Shown one piece after another: positions 8,348 through 18,000 of a stretch of DNA of 59,001 nucleotides. This DNA comes from a virus (lineage: Duplodnaviria; Caudoviricetes). The DNA is taken from IMG/VR virus record IMGVR_UViG_3300011114_000654, positions 1 to 59,001 of that record, one strand, 5' to 3'. The notes below the pieces were generated by a model. The model had not been told where the DNA came from, ran no database searches, and saw only the letters and a list, made by a program, of their open reading frames with translations. Both the position numbers and the translations under genes were made by a program. The number at the start of each line of letters is the position of its first letter. Within the stretch, counting starts at the first letter, position 1.

Positions 8348-9327
8348 GATATCTAAGTGTTTGTAGTGGCATCGAGGCAGCTAGTGTAGCGTGGGAGCCT
8401 CTAGGGTGGACACCTGTAGGGTTCTCTGAGATAGAACCATTCCCCTGTAAGGTATTGCAGCATCACTATCCCCAAGTAAAGAACTATGGGGACATGACCA
8501 AATATAAGGAGTGGGATATAGATGGAGATTCAGTTGACCTTCTGGTTGGAGGAACCCCCTGTCAAGCATTCAGCGTTGCAGGACTCAGAAAAGGACTTGA
8601 AGACCCAAGGGGAAACCTCAGCCTCACTTTCGTTGGAATGGTTGACCACTTTAAGCCAGAATGGGTTGTCTGGGAAAATGTCCCCGGTGTACTGTCAAGC
8701 TCAGGAGGACGGGACTTTGGTTCCTTCATCGGGGCGATGGCAAGTATCGGGTATGGGTTCGCTTGGAGGTGTCTTGACGCTCAATTCTACGGCGTCCCGC
8801 AAAGACGTCGTAGAGTCTTCCTTGTCGGACATTCTTCTGGAGACAGCAGACGTGCCGGAGAAGTACTATTTGAGCCAGAGAGCTTGTCAGGGAATCATAG
8901 CGAGAGCAAACAGGCGGGGAAAAGCATTGCCGAAGGCACTATCACAGGCACTGTATCTTCAAAGTGGGCTAAAGGTTCCGGAGGGCCAGCCGGAGACGAG
9001 TGTTACAACTTAGTACCTGTCCTGTGTCAAAACAATCAGACAGATGCCAGGTTGAAGGAAGAACCTAACACAAGTCAAACAGTACTCGCACGTTGGGGTA
9101 CAGGTGGAGGTAACACTCCAATAGTGCAGCACACAACTAGAGTACGAAGGCTTACACCAACTGAGGTAGAACGACTCCAAGGATTCCCTGATGGGTATAC
9201 AGACATAAGACCTAACGACAGGTATACGCCAGACGGTCCACGCTACAAGTCATTAGGCAATTCTATGGCTGTCCCTTGTATGAGATACATAGGCGAACGG
9301 ATACAAGGTGTATCTAATCGTATGTGA
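8344..9327 (+). CDS. dcm: DNA (cytosine-5) methyltransferase
   Basis: Motifs I (SGIE), IV (GGTPCQAFS), VI (ENV), VIII (PQRRRR), IX (RRLTPTEVERLQGF) and X (GNS). Confidence 0.95.
   Translation: MRYLSVCSGIEAASVAWEPLGWTPVGFSEIEPFPCKVLQHHYPQVKNYGDMTKYKEWDIDGDSVDLLVGGTPCQAFSVAGLRKGLEDPRGNLSLTFVGMVDHFKPEWVVWENVPGVLSSSGGRDFGSFIGAMASIGYGFAWRCLDAQFYGVPQRRRRVFLVGHSSGDSRRAGEVLFEPESLSGNHSESKQAGKSIAEGTITGTVSSKWAKGSGGPAGDECYNLVPVLCQNNQTDARLKEEPNTSQTVLARWGTGGGNTPIVQHTTRVRRLTPTEVERLQGFPDGYTDIRPNDRYTPDGPRYKSLGNSMAVPCMRYIGERIQGVSNRM
8522..9013 (+). CDS. overlapping +1-frame protein, M.EcoHK31I beta-polypeptide-like
   Basis: 163-aa nested ORF with AAGGAG upstream; NGLSGKMSP...SSGRW..SGM...LSDIL...YYLS..AC.GI..RA.RRGK.LP. 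Confidence 0.7.
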   Translation: MEIQLTFWLEEPPVKHSALQDSEKDLKTQGETSASLSLEWLTTLSQNGLSGKMSPVYCQAQEDGTLVPSSGRWQVSGMGSLGGVLTLNSTASRKDVVESSLSDILLETADVPEKYYLSQRACQGIIARANRRGKALPKALSQALYLQSGLKVPEGQPETSVTT

Positions 9328-9388
9328 TATAGTCCTATTCCCTGAAGCACATTAGCTGATGGGAATATTTGGTTTATAGGTAGGTAAC

Positions 9389-10285
9389 ATGATTACAATA
9401 TTTAACGGCAGGACACGTAGTTTACGTACGTCCGAACAAAGCTCTTTCGTGCAACTTGAACACCGCATACTCCAGCATATGAATAAGTTCACATCAAGTG
9501 AGTGGATGGTGTTCTGCGCTATCTCACTACACGCAGACCAAGAAGGTGTATGCTTCCCATCTATCCCTAGACTAATGAAGTCAACAGGCTTATCAGCACC
9601 TACGATTCGTGCTGCAATCGCAGGGCTAGAGACCAAGGAGATTGAAGGATGTAAGGTTGTATCACGTCGCATGAGGTTCCAAGAAGGACGTCAAACAAGT
9701 AACGAATACATCATCCTTCCCGGCTATCAGGGGGAAAGTATTTTGGAGGGGGAGGGTAAAGAATCTTATAGGGGGGAGGGTAAAGAAATTAGTACCCCTA
9801 TTAACAAGAATCAATTAGAACAAGAACCAATTAACAATAACAAGAATCAATTAGAACGAGAACCCATTAACAATAATCAATTACAAATCACACACTCTGA
9901 GGCTAAGACTCCAAAGAAACGTAAGACTACAGCACTACCAAAGAGTGATGACCCAGCACGAGAGCTTTACGAATCATTCAGGCTATGGAAGTATCCATCA
10001 CTACAGGCATCTGACTTCAACATCACTGAATGGAAGTCCGTCTACTTTGTCCTTTACCAGATGGTGGCAAAGGGTATTAGTGGGGAGACCCTGGTGAATG
10101 CTTGCCAGAACCTTACCAACAAATGGGGTAACGCTGATATGGTCACAATCAACTCTCTATGGAAACACTGGTCAACAGCAACGCAACTTACCGCAACCAT
10201 TGGAACACCTCTAAAGAAAGCTACGACGAGAGACCACGCAACATCAGCTGAGGATGTCATGAAGTTTGTTAGGGGTATGTCTTGA
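9389..10285 (+). CDS. replication initiator (N-terminal HTH, lambda O-like layout)
   Basis: CFPSIPRL..TGLS.PTI.....L HTH, TSNEY motif, internal iterons, upstream of the loader and DnaB. Confidence 0.85.
   Translation: MITIFNGRTRSLRTSEQSSFVQLEHRILQHMNKFTSSEWMVFCAISLHADQEGVCFPSIPRLMKSTGLSAPTIRAAIAGLETKEIEGCKVVSRRMRFQEGRQTSNEYIILPGYQGESILEGEGKESYRGEGKEISTPINKNQLEQEPINNNKNQLEREPINNNQLQITHSEAKTPKKRKTTALPKSDDPARELYESFRLWKYPSLQASDFNITEWKSVYFVLYQMVAKGISGETLVNACQNLTNKWGNADMVTINSLWKHWSTATQLTATIGTPLKKATTRDHATSAEDVMKFVRGMS
9730..9873 (+). repeat. putative replication origin: iterons plus 2x36-bp A-rich tandem repeat
   Basis: GGGGGAAAGTATTTT, GGGGGAGGGTAAAGAA twice, then 36-bp units at 9802-9837 and 9838-9873. 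Confidence 0.7.
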
Positions 10286-10309
10286 CAGTACGGTGTATTA
10301 TGGTAAAGT
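10282..10309 (+). promoter_or_regulatory. sigma70-type promoter
   Basis: TTGACA-N16-TAAAGT with an extended TG. Confidence 0.55.
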
Positions 10310-10323
10310 ACTTCACATAGGAG

Positions 10324-10710
10324 GTGGGTATGGCAGATGTTACGATGGCAGACCAGTTTGAATGGGCATTCCCAAAGGAATGGATAACGGTCATTGAGAT
10401 GGAAGATGACGAATCAAGCTTGGATGTCAAATACGAAGTCGTTGATACTACAAAGGTATTAGAGATTGCAGCATTACTTTATGCTGGTGGGAGCGTCCCA
10501 TATGAGTTGCTTTCTGAAAGAATCTTATGGGTCACAAAACTGAAGGATGCTATGCAACCTGATGGCGATGAACCACTCACACTTGAAGAGACCCTTGAAG
10601 GAGTGACGTATTGGGTCAACGAAGAGTTGAACGCAACGATGGAATCATATGCGGAAGAGAAGCTCGCTGGATACAAAGACGGTTCGGAATGGGAGAACTA
10701 CTATGACTGA
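10324..10710 (+). CDS. acidic hypothetical protein
   Basis: ORF with AGGAGG RBS (start may be ATG 10330). Confidence 0.7.
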   Translation: MGMADVTMADQFEWAFPKEWITVIEMEDDESSLDVKYEVVDTTKVLEIAALLYAGGSVPYELLSERILWVTKLKDAMQPDGDEPLTLEETLEGVTYWVNEELNATMESYAEEKLAGYKDGSEWENYYD

Positions 10711-11200
10711 TAAGGCGTTTGGTACGGTCGCTGGCATACTGAGTGCTATGCCAGCACAACAGCGGTGGGATGATGGCGTTGCGGTAGGCTACGCTCTTTC
10801 CCTAAAAGATGTAGACGATAAGACGGCTATTGACGTAGTCATCGATATGTTGAAGACTGAGGACTTCCGTCCTAGTCCAGCTGCAATCCTTCGTAGGGTA
10901 CGTGGTATCCGGTGTGGTGAAACATCCGTCATTCAGATGTTCAACCGCATCTGCCGGTTCCTCTCTGATGTCCATCCTTTGATGCGTACAGAGCGTGAGG
11001 TTGAGTGGCTAACAGATGGTGACTTACACCCCTTTGATATCGTTGCAGTCAAGTACATCGGTGGATGGCAGGTAGCAGGGAAGATGGATAGAGATAAGCT
11101 CACATCAGCCTTACGTGACTGGACGAAGGATGCAAACGATACAGTCCAGAACCTTGTTCAGATTGATGTCAAGCCTGAAGTAAAGGCAATCTCAGAATGA
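10703..11200 (+). CDS. putative helicase loader/inhibitor
   Basis: FRPSPAAI motif; lies between the initiator and DnaB. Confidence 0.6.
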   Translation: MTDKAFGTVAGILSAMPAQQRWDDGVAVGYALSLKDVDDKTAIDVVIDMLKTEDFRPSPAAILRRVRGIRCGETSVIQMFNRICRFLSDVHPLMRTEREVEWLTDGDLHPFDIVAVKYIGGWQVAGKMDRDKLTSALRDWTKDANDTVQNLVQIDVKPEVKAISE

Positions 11201-12573
11201 CAGAAGTTGAGAAGCGTGTATCAGAGCTTTCATCACGCAAGAAAGATGGGTACTACCCATTCGACCCTATGGTGGAGATGTCCCTTCTTGGGACTATCCT
11301 CCTTGGGGGCAAGAAGGTTCTTGATGATGTAGAGCATATCGTCAACGAGCAGATGTTCTATCGTCCTGGCAACCAAGCTGTTTATTCGTCTATGAAGAGA
11401 GTTGTCGCTCAGACTCAAGGTAGTTGCGATATCGTCCTGCTGAATGATGACCTTACTAATCACAACCAGATAGACCTCATAGGTGGGCTAGCGTACCTAA
11501 TGCAGTTGGGTGATATGGAGTTCACTACATCAACGGCTGTAACGTACGCCAATAAGGTCAAGAGATACCACGAGCTTAGGAACATAGTAGTCAACTCTGA
11601 GTACGCTATGCTCAGGGCGCAACAAGGTGAGATTGACCCTGAGGTAATCACCCTAGACTTCGCTAAAGGAACTGAGATAAAGAATGCAACCAACGTAGTA
11701 TCAAGCGCAGGTGATGTACTACGTGAAAGTATCTTAGGTATCCTAAACGGTCGTAAGAAAGGGATTCCAACAGGCTTTGCTGATATCGATAAGGTAATCA
11801 ACGGATTCAAGGAAGGTGAACTAATCATCCTTGGTGGCAGACCATCTATGGGTAAGTCATCACTTGGACTACAGTATGCAATCAACGCATCAAGGCAATG
11901 CAAGGCGAATGGTGGTGGAGGCGCACTCTTCATTAGCGTAGAGATGTCACAAGACATGATTAGCCAGAGGCTCCTACAGATAATAGGAAACGTAGACGGT
12001 CAAGCACTTCACAATAGCTACTTCTCTAAGGGCGAGCGTGACTCTATGGAGGCTACACAACGTGAGGTGGACACATTACCCCTTTACTTCTCAACAGAGA
12101 CTCCTGTGACCATTCAGAGCATCAGGGCTAAGGCTCGTGATATGCAGCGTAAAGGCACACTATCTATGCTAGTGGTTGACTACCTTCAGATGCTTGATAC
12201 AGGGAAGGAGACGCAGGGTAGGACACGTGATATTGGAGTACTGAGCAGAGGGTTGAAGTCAATAGCCAAAGAGTTTAGTATCCCAGTCGTAGCTTTATCG
12301 TCACTCTCACGTGCAAGTGAACAGCGCAATGACAAGCGACCAATCATGTCAGACCTACGAGAGTCTGGAGATATTGAGTCAGATGCTGACGTGGTACAAT
12401 TTCTGTATAGACCAGACTATTACGCTGAAGATAGGAATGCTTGGGATGAAGATATGCCTTCCGAGACAGAAGTGATAACAGCGAAAAACCGCAATGGGTC
12501 TATTGGAGTATCACGAATCGAGTTCCACAAACGTGTAGCACGTTTCGCTAATATCCCAGAAGGAAGCCTCTAA
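11197..12573 (+). CDS. dnaB: replicative DNA helicase
   Basis: GRPSMGKS Walker A, VVDYLQ, LSR..EQR.DKRP.MSDLRESG.IE.DAD, AKNRNG. Confidence 0.97.
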   Translation: MTEVEKRVSELSSRKKDGYYPFDPMVEMSLLGTILLGGKKVLDDVEHIVNEQMFYRPGNQAVYSSMKRVVAQTQGSCDIVLLNDDLTNHNQIDLIGGLAYLMQLGDMEFTTSTAVTYANKVKRYHELRNIVVNSEYAMLRAQQGEIDPEVITLDFAKGTEIKNATNVVSSAGDVLRESILGILNGRKKGIPTGFADIDKVINGFKEGELIILGGRPSMGKSSLGLQYAINASRQCKANGGGGALFISVEMSQDMISQRLLQIIGNVDGQALHNSYFSKGERDSMEATQREVDTLPLYFSTETPVTIQSIRAKARDMQRKGTLSMLVVDYLQMLDTGKETQGRTRDIGVLSRGLKSIAKEFSIPVVALSSLSRASEQRNDKRPIMSDLRESGDIESDADVVQFLYRPDYYAEDRNAWDEDMPSETEVITAKNRNGSIGVSRIEFHKRVARFANIPEGSL

Positions 12574-12803
12574 TGGATGTATCAATCCGAACCGGATACA
12601 AGCGTGTGTCGAACTGGCAACGACACGTGATTATGACTGTAGCAGACTCTAAGACCAGGGCAGAAGCAGCTGAGAGACTAGGGCTAAAGATACGTACACT
12701 TGATGACCTTTTGTATCGTGCATACAAGACGATGGGTTGTCGCAATATCAAGGAAGCAGAAGTCATCCTAGGTAGCAAGGGATTCACAACAAGGAGCGAG
12801 TAA
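12573..12803 (+). CDS. small HTH (LuxR/sigma4-like) protein
   Basis: EAAERLGLKIRTLDDLLYRAYKTMG. Confidence 0.65.
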   Translation: MDVSIRTGYKRVSNWQRHVIMTVADSKTRAEAAERLGLKIRTLDDLLYRAYKTMGCRNIKEAEVILGSKGFTTRSE

Positions 12804-12907
12804 TGAACATAGTTGCAACCATCATATGTGTTATGTTTTTAGCAGTAGTGTGTTTCTTTTTGGGTATAGGATACGTGATAGACAAGCATATAGAGGAGGG
12901 TAAATGA
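12803..12907 (+). CDS. small membrane peptide (34 aa)
   Basis: Translated by hand; single hydrophobic segment; AAGGAG RBS; coupled to both neighbours. Confidence 0.5.
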   Translation: MNIVATIICVMFLAVVCFFLGIGYVIDKHIEEGK

Positions 12908-13161
12908 TTGGAGTAAGACACATCAGCCAACTGTCTGTATCTGGTAATGCAAGATTAGCTCGTGTAAAGCTTGTTAAACTTATCGACCAGATACCTGAAG
13001 ATGTTCAGTTACGCATTTGGGATATGCATAAAGACGGAATGAGTAGGCGAAGTATTAGTAATATATTAATTGCAGAGGGTGTGCCATCTCCTAAGATGAC
13101 CCTACCTTGGGGAGTAAATGCAATTGCTGTAGTCATAGACAAATACAAGGAGAAGGTATGA
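12904..13161 (+). CDS. small DNA-binding protein (recombinase-domain-like HTH)
   Basis: GMSRRSISNILIAEGVPSP...W pattern. Confidence 0.55.
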   Translation: MIGVRHISQLSVSGNARLARVKLVKLIDQIPEDVQLRIWDMHKDGMSRRSISNILIAEGVPSPKMTLPWGVNAIAVVIDKYKEKV

Positions 13162-13358
13162 AGAACTTTACGCAGATATTGGAAGACGCTAAAAGTGGTA
13201 AGGCTATTAGGCGTGTTGGGGCTAGATGGTTTGTTCAGATGGTAGACAAGAAGTTGTGTACATACAAACTAAATGGTGCTAACACCAGGGTCTTTGATGG
13301 AGTTACAGTTCTGTCATCTTTTGACATATTGTCGAACGACTGGGAAGTAGTGGAATGA
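13158..13358 (+). CDS. DUF2829 / Tad2-like protein
   Basis: MKNF...KSGKAIRR ... DILSNDWEVVE. Confidence 0.7.
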   Translation: MKNFTQILEDAKSGKAIRRVGARWFVQMVDKKLCTYKLNGANTRVFDGVTVLSSFDILSNDWEVVE

Positions 13359-13573
13359 AGTTTAGCGAAGTAGTTGACGAGCTTATGGATGGTAAGCGTG
13401 TACGTAAAACCAATTGGGATGACATTACTGCTTACTTAAAGTATGACGCAGAATGCAATATGTTTGACTTCTACATGACTACAGACGGGCATATTTACAC
13501 CACGCAGTCTTACACGTCGCTAGACTTGACATCTAAAGATTTGACATCTGACTTCTGGGAGGTAGTGGAATGA
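13355..13573 (+). CDS. DUF2829 / Tad2-like protein
   Basis: MKFSE....GKRVRKTNW ... DLTSDFWEVVE. Confidence 0.75.
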   Translation: MKFSEVVDELMDGKRVRKTNWDDITAYLKYDAECNMFDFYMTTDGHIYTTQSYTSLDLTSKDLTSDFWEVVE

Positions 13574-13722
13574 GAGTTTGGATTGTACTAGTAGACCCTA
13601 TATTCAGTTGTGATTACACCGATATCAAAGGAGTATTTGGGTCTCATCAAGCAGCGTTAGACTACATGAAAAAGCATGAATGTTTATACTTGTGGTCGGA
13701 TGAAGGAGAGGTAGTGCAATGA
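13570..13722 (+). CDS. hypothetical protein (50 aa)
   Basis: Translated by hand (MRVWIVLVD...KGVFGSHQAA); ATGA overlaps on both sides. Confidence 0.55.
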   Translation: MRVWIVLVDPIFSCDYTDIKGVFGSHQAALDYMKKHECLYLWSDEGEVVQ

Positions 13723-13967
13723 CACTACACGAAATAACTCCATCCATTGAGAAGGGATTACCATTCAGACGTGTATCCTTCCCTGAGAAACTCTATTACT
13801 ACTACGACATGAATGACAAGTGGTTCATCCAAGGTAACTCAGAAAATGGATGTGAGATTATCATGTACACACTTGACTTAAAGATTGACGATTTAGTGGC
13901 TAATGACTGGGAAGTAGATGAATGGGATAACCATATTGTTGACACCAACAAAAAGGTAGACGCATGA
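13719..13967 (+). CDS. DUF2829 / Tad2-like protein (divergent)
   Basis: MTLHE....KGLPFRR ... DDLVANDWEV. Confidence 0.65.
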   Translation: MTLHEITPSIEKGLPFRRVSFPEKLYYYYDMNDKWFIQGNSENGCEIIMYTLDLKIDDLVANDWEVDEWDNHIVDTNKKVDA

Positions 13968-14227
13968 AGTTTGAAGCACAAGTACTAAGACCTAGCGATG
14001 ACGAGAGTCTTATAATTGAAATGGCAAAAACTGCCTACAAGTTCTTTGAGAAACATCCAAATGAATATGCTACTGATATCTACGCAAAAGGTGATGACGG
14101 AATTGTAGGACACGTAGGGAAGATAGTAAACCCAAAGTACGTAACGCTAGTAGACAGCGCAGCATCTATGGTGTCAACCTACAACACTAGGAATCTCATA
14201 CGGACGGTTATGCTGAAAGATAAATAA
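13964..14227 (+). CDS. hypothetical protein
   Basis: Last ORF of the plus-strand operon. Confidence 0.65.
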   Translation: MKFEAQVLRPSDDESLIIEMAKTAYKFFEKHPNEYATDIYAKGDDGIVGHVGKIVNPKYVTLVDSAASMVSTYNTRNLIRTVMLKDK

Positions 14228-14234
14228 ACAAGAG

Positions 14235-14263
14235 TAAGACACCAACATAACGCTGGTGTCTTA
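14235..14263. terminator. probable bidirectional terminator
   Basis: TAAGACACCA/TGGTGTCTTA stem with A/T-rich flanks, between convergent operons. Confidence 0.7.
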
Positions 14264-14268
14264 TTTGT

Positions 14269-15045
14269 TTATCTTTTCAGGATGATAGACGTATCATCAA
14301 TAGCAACTGTCAATCCCTGCCAATTAGCAAAGTCACGTACAGACACCATAGACTTACCGCCAAGTATGATTGGTGAACAAGGGATAGCCTTATCATCCCA
14401 CAATGGAACTAAGTCAAAGGCTAGTCTAGTCTTGACGTCTTCACCATACAACGCCTCAAGCATAGGACGTAGCGCAGCATAAGCTTTACCGTTAGTCAAT
14501 ATAGACTTGATGGAGTCAGAACCTATGACTACATTACGCTCAGATGAAACATCATCAAGCAGGTCAGCCCATCTAGCAAACACAAGACGCCCTAGGTTAC
14601 GCCCTGTATATAGGTTAGGACGCTCTACAACAGACGTACCATTCCTTGAACCATCAAGGTTACTGTTACCCTCAATGGATGTGAATGAGTTGTCCTTATA
14701 GCCAGATACAAGGAATACGTGAACAGCATCATCGCTATCTTCCGCAGCCAATACAAACCCAACATCACCTACATATGGTGTCTTATGTAAGATGCCTAAC
14801 TTCTTTGCGCGAGCAAGCAATACATCACAGCTGGCTGAACGACCTAGTTGCCAATCAAGCTTAGTCTTGAACTTCCACCTTGCGTGTACAGCACTGAGAA
14901 ACGAAGCACACCAGAAACTACCTAGAGGGACATTACAGGCTGTATTCCATACGTCGATATGGAAACCTCTATTGCTACCCATAGGCTCTTCTTTAGTACC
15001 AACAAAGCCTCTTGCTACCGATATGAACTCTTGTACTGGACTCAT
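14269..15045 (-). CDS. endolysin: CHAP domain plus copper-amine-oxidase-N-like C-terminal repeats
   Basis: GxxE...SNRG, WCASF (Cys), GD, HV (His), SIEGNSN; C-terminal NGKAYAALR / GGKSMVSVR. Confidence 0.85.
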   Translation of the reverse strand: MSPVQEFISVARGFVGTKEEPMGSNRGFHIDVWNTACNVPLGSFWCASFLSAVHARWKFKTKLDWQLGRSASCDVLLARAKKLGILHKTPYVGDVGFVLAAEDSDDAVHVFLVSGYKDNSFTSIEGNSNLDGSRNGTSVVERPNLYTGRNLGRLVFARWADLLDDVSSERNVVIGSDSIKSILTNGKAYAALRPMLEALYGEDVKTRLAFDLVPLWDDKAIPCSPIILGGKSMVSVRDFANWQGLTVAIDDTSIILKR

Positions 15046-18000
15046 TCAAGAACCTCCTCCTCAACTTGCTCCATCTGGTCTGGTCGTAATTCAGACTCAG
15101 GATTAATCAACCACTCTTCTTTATCTGAACCAAGTAGGTAATACTGCCACCCTGGAGGATTGCCGTATGTATCGTAGTCGTATTCACCCTTACCGGCTGG
15201 TGGGTTATATCTAAGCCGTCCACCTAATATGTTGACTGCACCAACAAAGGCTGCCTCAAAGTTCTTGTCCTCTTCTTCTCTATCATTAGCCGCCTTATAC
15301 GTTTCAAGGTACGACTGCATCCAAAGGAACATAAGATTCTTGGTAACCAACTTGCTGAGATTCATCTCAGGTGCATCAATACCAATCTCTTTCAACATAG
15401 GCTTAGTTACGTTGTCATACCAAGTCTTCAGGTCTTCATCAACATAACCAACAGGCTTGCCCATAAAGTCACGACCAGTGAACATCTCTTTCAATATACT
15501 GATAGCAGGAGCGTTTACTAATCGTCCCTCAACGACAGCACCCATCATACTAGCAAACTTCTCACGTGCCTCTTTAGGTGAATCCTTTGGTGACATCTTC
15601 AAAGCGTTAGCGAATGCATCACCAAACTCAAGGAACATCATGCTTCCACCGGGAGCTTTGAATACATAGTTGCCAACCTGTATCTTTGTACCGGCAGCAG
15701 CAATAGATGTCTTTACCTTGAACTGGTCGAATGGACGATACAAACCAAAGTATGCAAGTAGCGCAAACCACAATGCACGTGCCTTCAATAGCATCTTCCA
15801 GTTAGCCCTGAATGCATACGGGTTCAGACTACGTGTTGATGGAATACCATTCAACTCCATCCACTTTTTACCAACATCAGTTTGTCCTAAGAAATATCGT
15901 CCTATTGGGTCAGCCATTACACGACTTGCAAGCCAGCGTGGTGCAAACATGACACGACGCATCATGCGACCAATAGCCTTGTCGTATTCCTGTGCGCTAA
16001 ACTTGATGTCACCATTCATGACATTCAATACGGCTGCCATATCAGATGCCGCTTCTTTGAACCCAGCAGATGATGTGTCGTAACCTAACTCTTCATAAGT
16101 AGCCATCGCCTGTGCAAACTTATTGAATTTGACGTAGTCCTTCATCATCGTCATAGCACGTTCAGATGATGCTTTGAGAGGTACGTATCGCTCACCAGAC
16201 AGAACACCTTGAATATCTGGGTCAACATCCAACTCATCAACATCCATCAAGTCAATCTCAGGAAGAGTTGCGTCTGGATTTGTCTTCCGTAGTTCAGCTA
16301 ACTTCTCTTCCCTCTTCGCCCTTAGGTCATCTAGGATTCTGTCATATTGTGATGTAGCCAGAGTAAGCCTACTCTGCTTGGCTAGTTCGTAATATTTATT
16401 TGAGCGAATCTCATTACCCATAATGTGGACTTGCTCACGACCCTTGAACATCTTCTTGTTGATAGTTCCAACGCCGTTATCAAAACCTAGGTTAGGTGCA
16501 AGAGACTTTGGTCCAAGTAACAACGACTTGAAGAACAAGTCAGGTGACTCAATAGGGTTAGCAAGCATCCAGTTCTGGATAAGAGGTGCAGACCAGTCTC
16601 CAGCCATTGGGAAGCGACCTAGTGCGTTGATTGCATCAAAGACTTGCATGAACCGACTCTCGTCAATCTTCTGCACAACCTTGATGAATGTACTGTATTC
16701 CTTAGGGTCATCAAAGGTAGTCTCAACACCATCCTCATCAGCAAAGGTTATTGGATTCTCAGGTGTTGGGATATCTGAGTCATCAATATCTTTGATAGCA
16801 GCATCACTTATAGGACGAAGACTATAGAGAGGAGTACCTCTACCGGTTACATTCTGTACACGTCCCATCGGGTTGTTGACCTGATTAGGTGGCAAGTCAC
16901 CAAACGGAGACTCAGTTGTTTCGTAGGTCTTATCGATACGATTGTCTAGTGCAACAATACCTGTCTTGATATCCTCAATAGGTGCAAGTGCAGCCTTGTG
17001 GACATCGACACCACCAAGTGACTTGTAGTTAGACCGACCAAAGGTTTCTGTATACAACGCACGAATAGCATTTACGTCTTTAGTAATAGCAGAGTGTGCT
17101 GCAAATGCCGCAAAGGCTGAATGCTCACCACCACTTGAAACCTCAACTGAATCAAGGATAGTTGAATGGATTGAGTCCAACAAGTCTATGTAACGTAGTG
17201 GTATTCCGTTCACATCCTTATGCTTACTCTTAGCCATAAGTGGATGTCCGTCGGTGAGCGGTTTACCCTTTAACTTATACTTTGACTTTGGGGCAGAATC
17301 TCTCTTTGCTCTAATCTCTAATAGTGCTTGATAAACCTCGCCATAAGGCTCATATTTATCTTTGGACTCAGTTAAATTAAGTCTTTCAATTAGTTCAATA
17401 GCACCATCCAAACCTCTGTCTTGAACAATATCTTTCAAGTGAAATGACATCGGACCATTATGGATAGCAATAATCTGTTCAGGCTTTACATCAGATAACT
17501 GCTGTTGGTTATACTTAATCTTTGAAGGGTCTTCCCAGAACTCAACCAAAGGCTTAAGGTTCATATCTTCATATGCCTTGAGTGAAGACTCGTTAGACCA
17601 AACAAAGTTTGGCTCTCCGTATGTTTCACCCTTAGCACTAGAAAGACGAATGCCATTCTCAGCAATAGAATCCAGGGCTTCCTTTGACTTAGTGTAATGA
17701 ACACGTCGAACCATACCCGGTGGTATTGGCTCACTAAGGAAGTGCTTCCCATACTTATGCAAAGCAGTCAAGCGAGAGTCATCAACAGACGCTGTCATCT
17801 TTAGATAAGTGAACTGTCTGTCAAGCTCAGACATCAAAGAGTCATAAGCCATCTTTGTCTCAGGGTTAGTATCGTACGAGTTAGCAGGTAGCTTGTCGTA
17901 GTTACTTGCAATACCCAATCGACGCTCTTGGTTGTCCTGAGCGTATGTCCAGTCACCGGGTAACTTTATGTCACGTTCCGCAACCGTTGACAGCGAAGAC

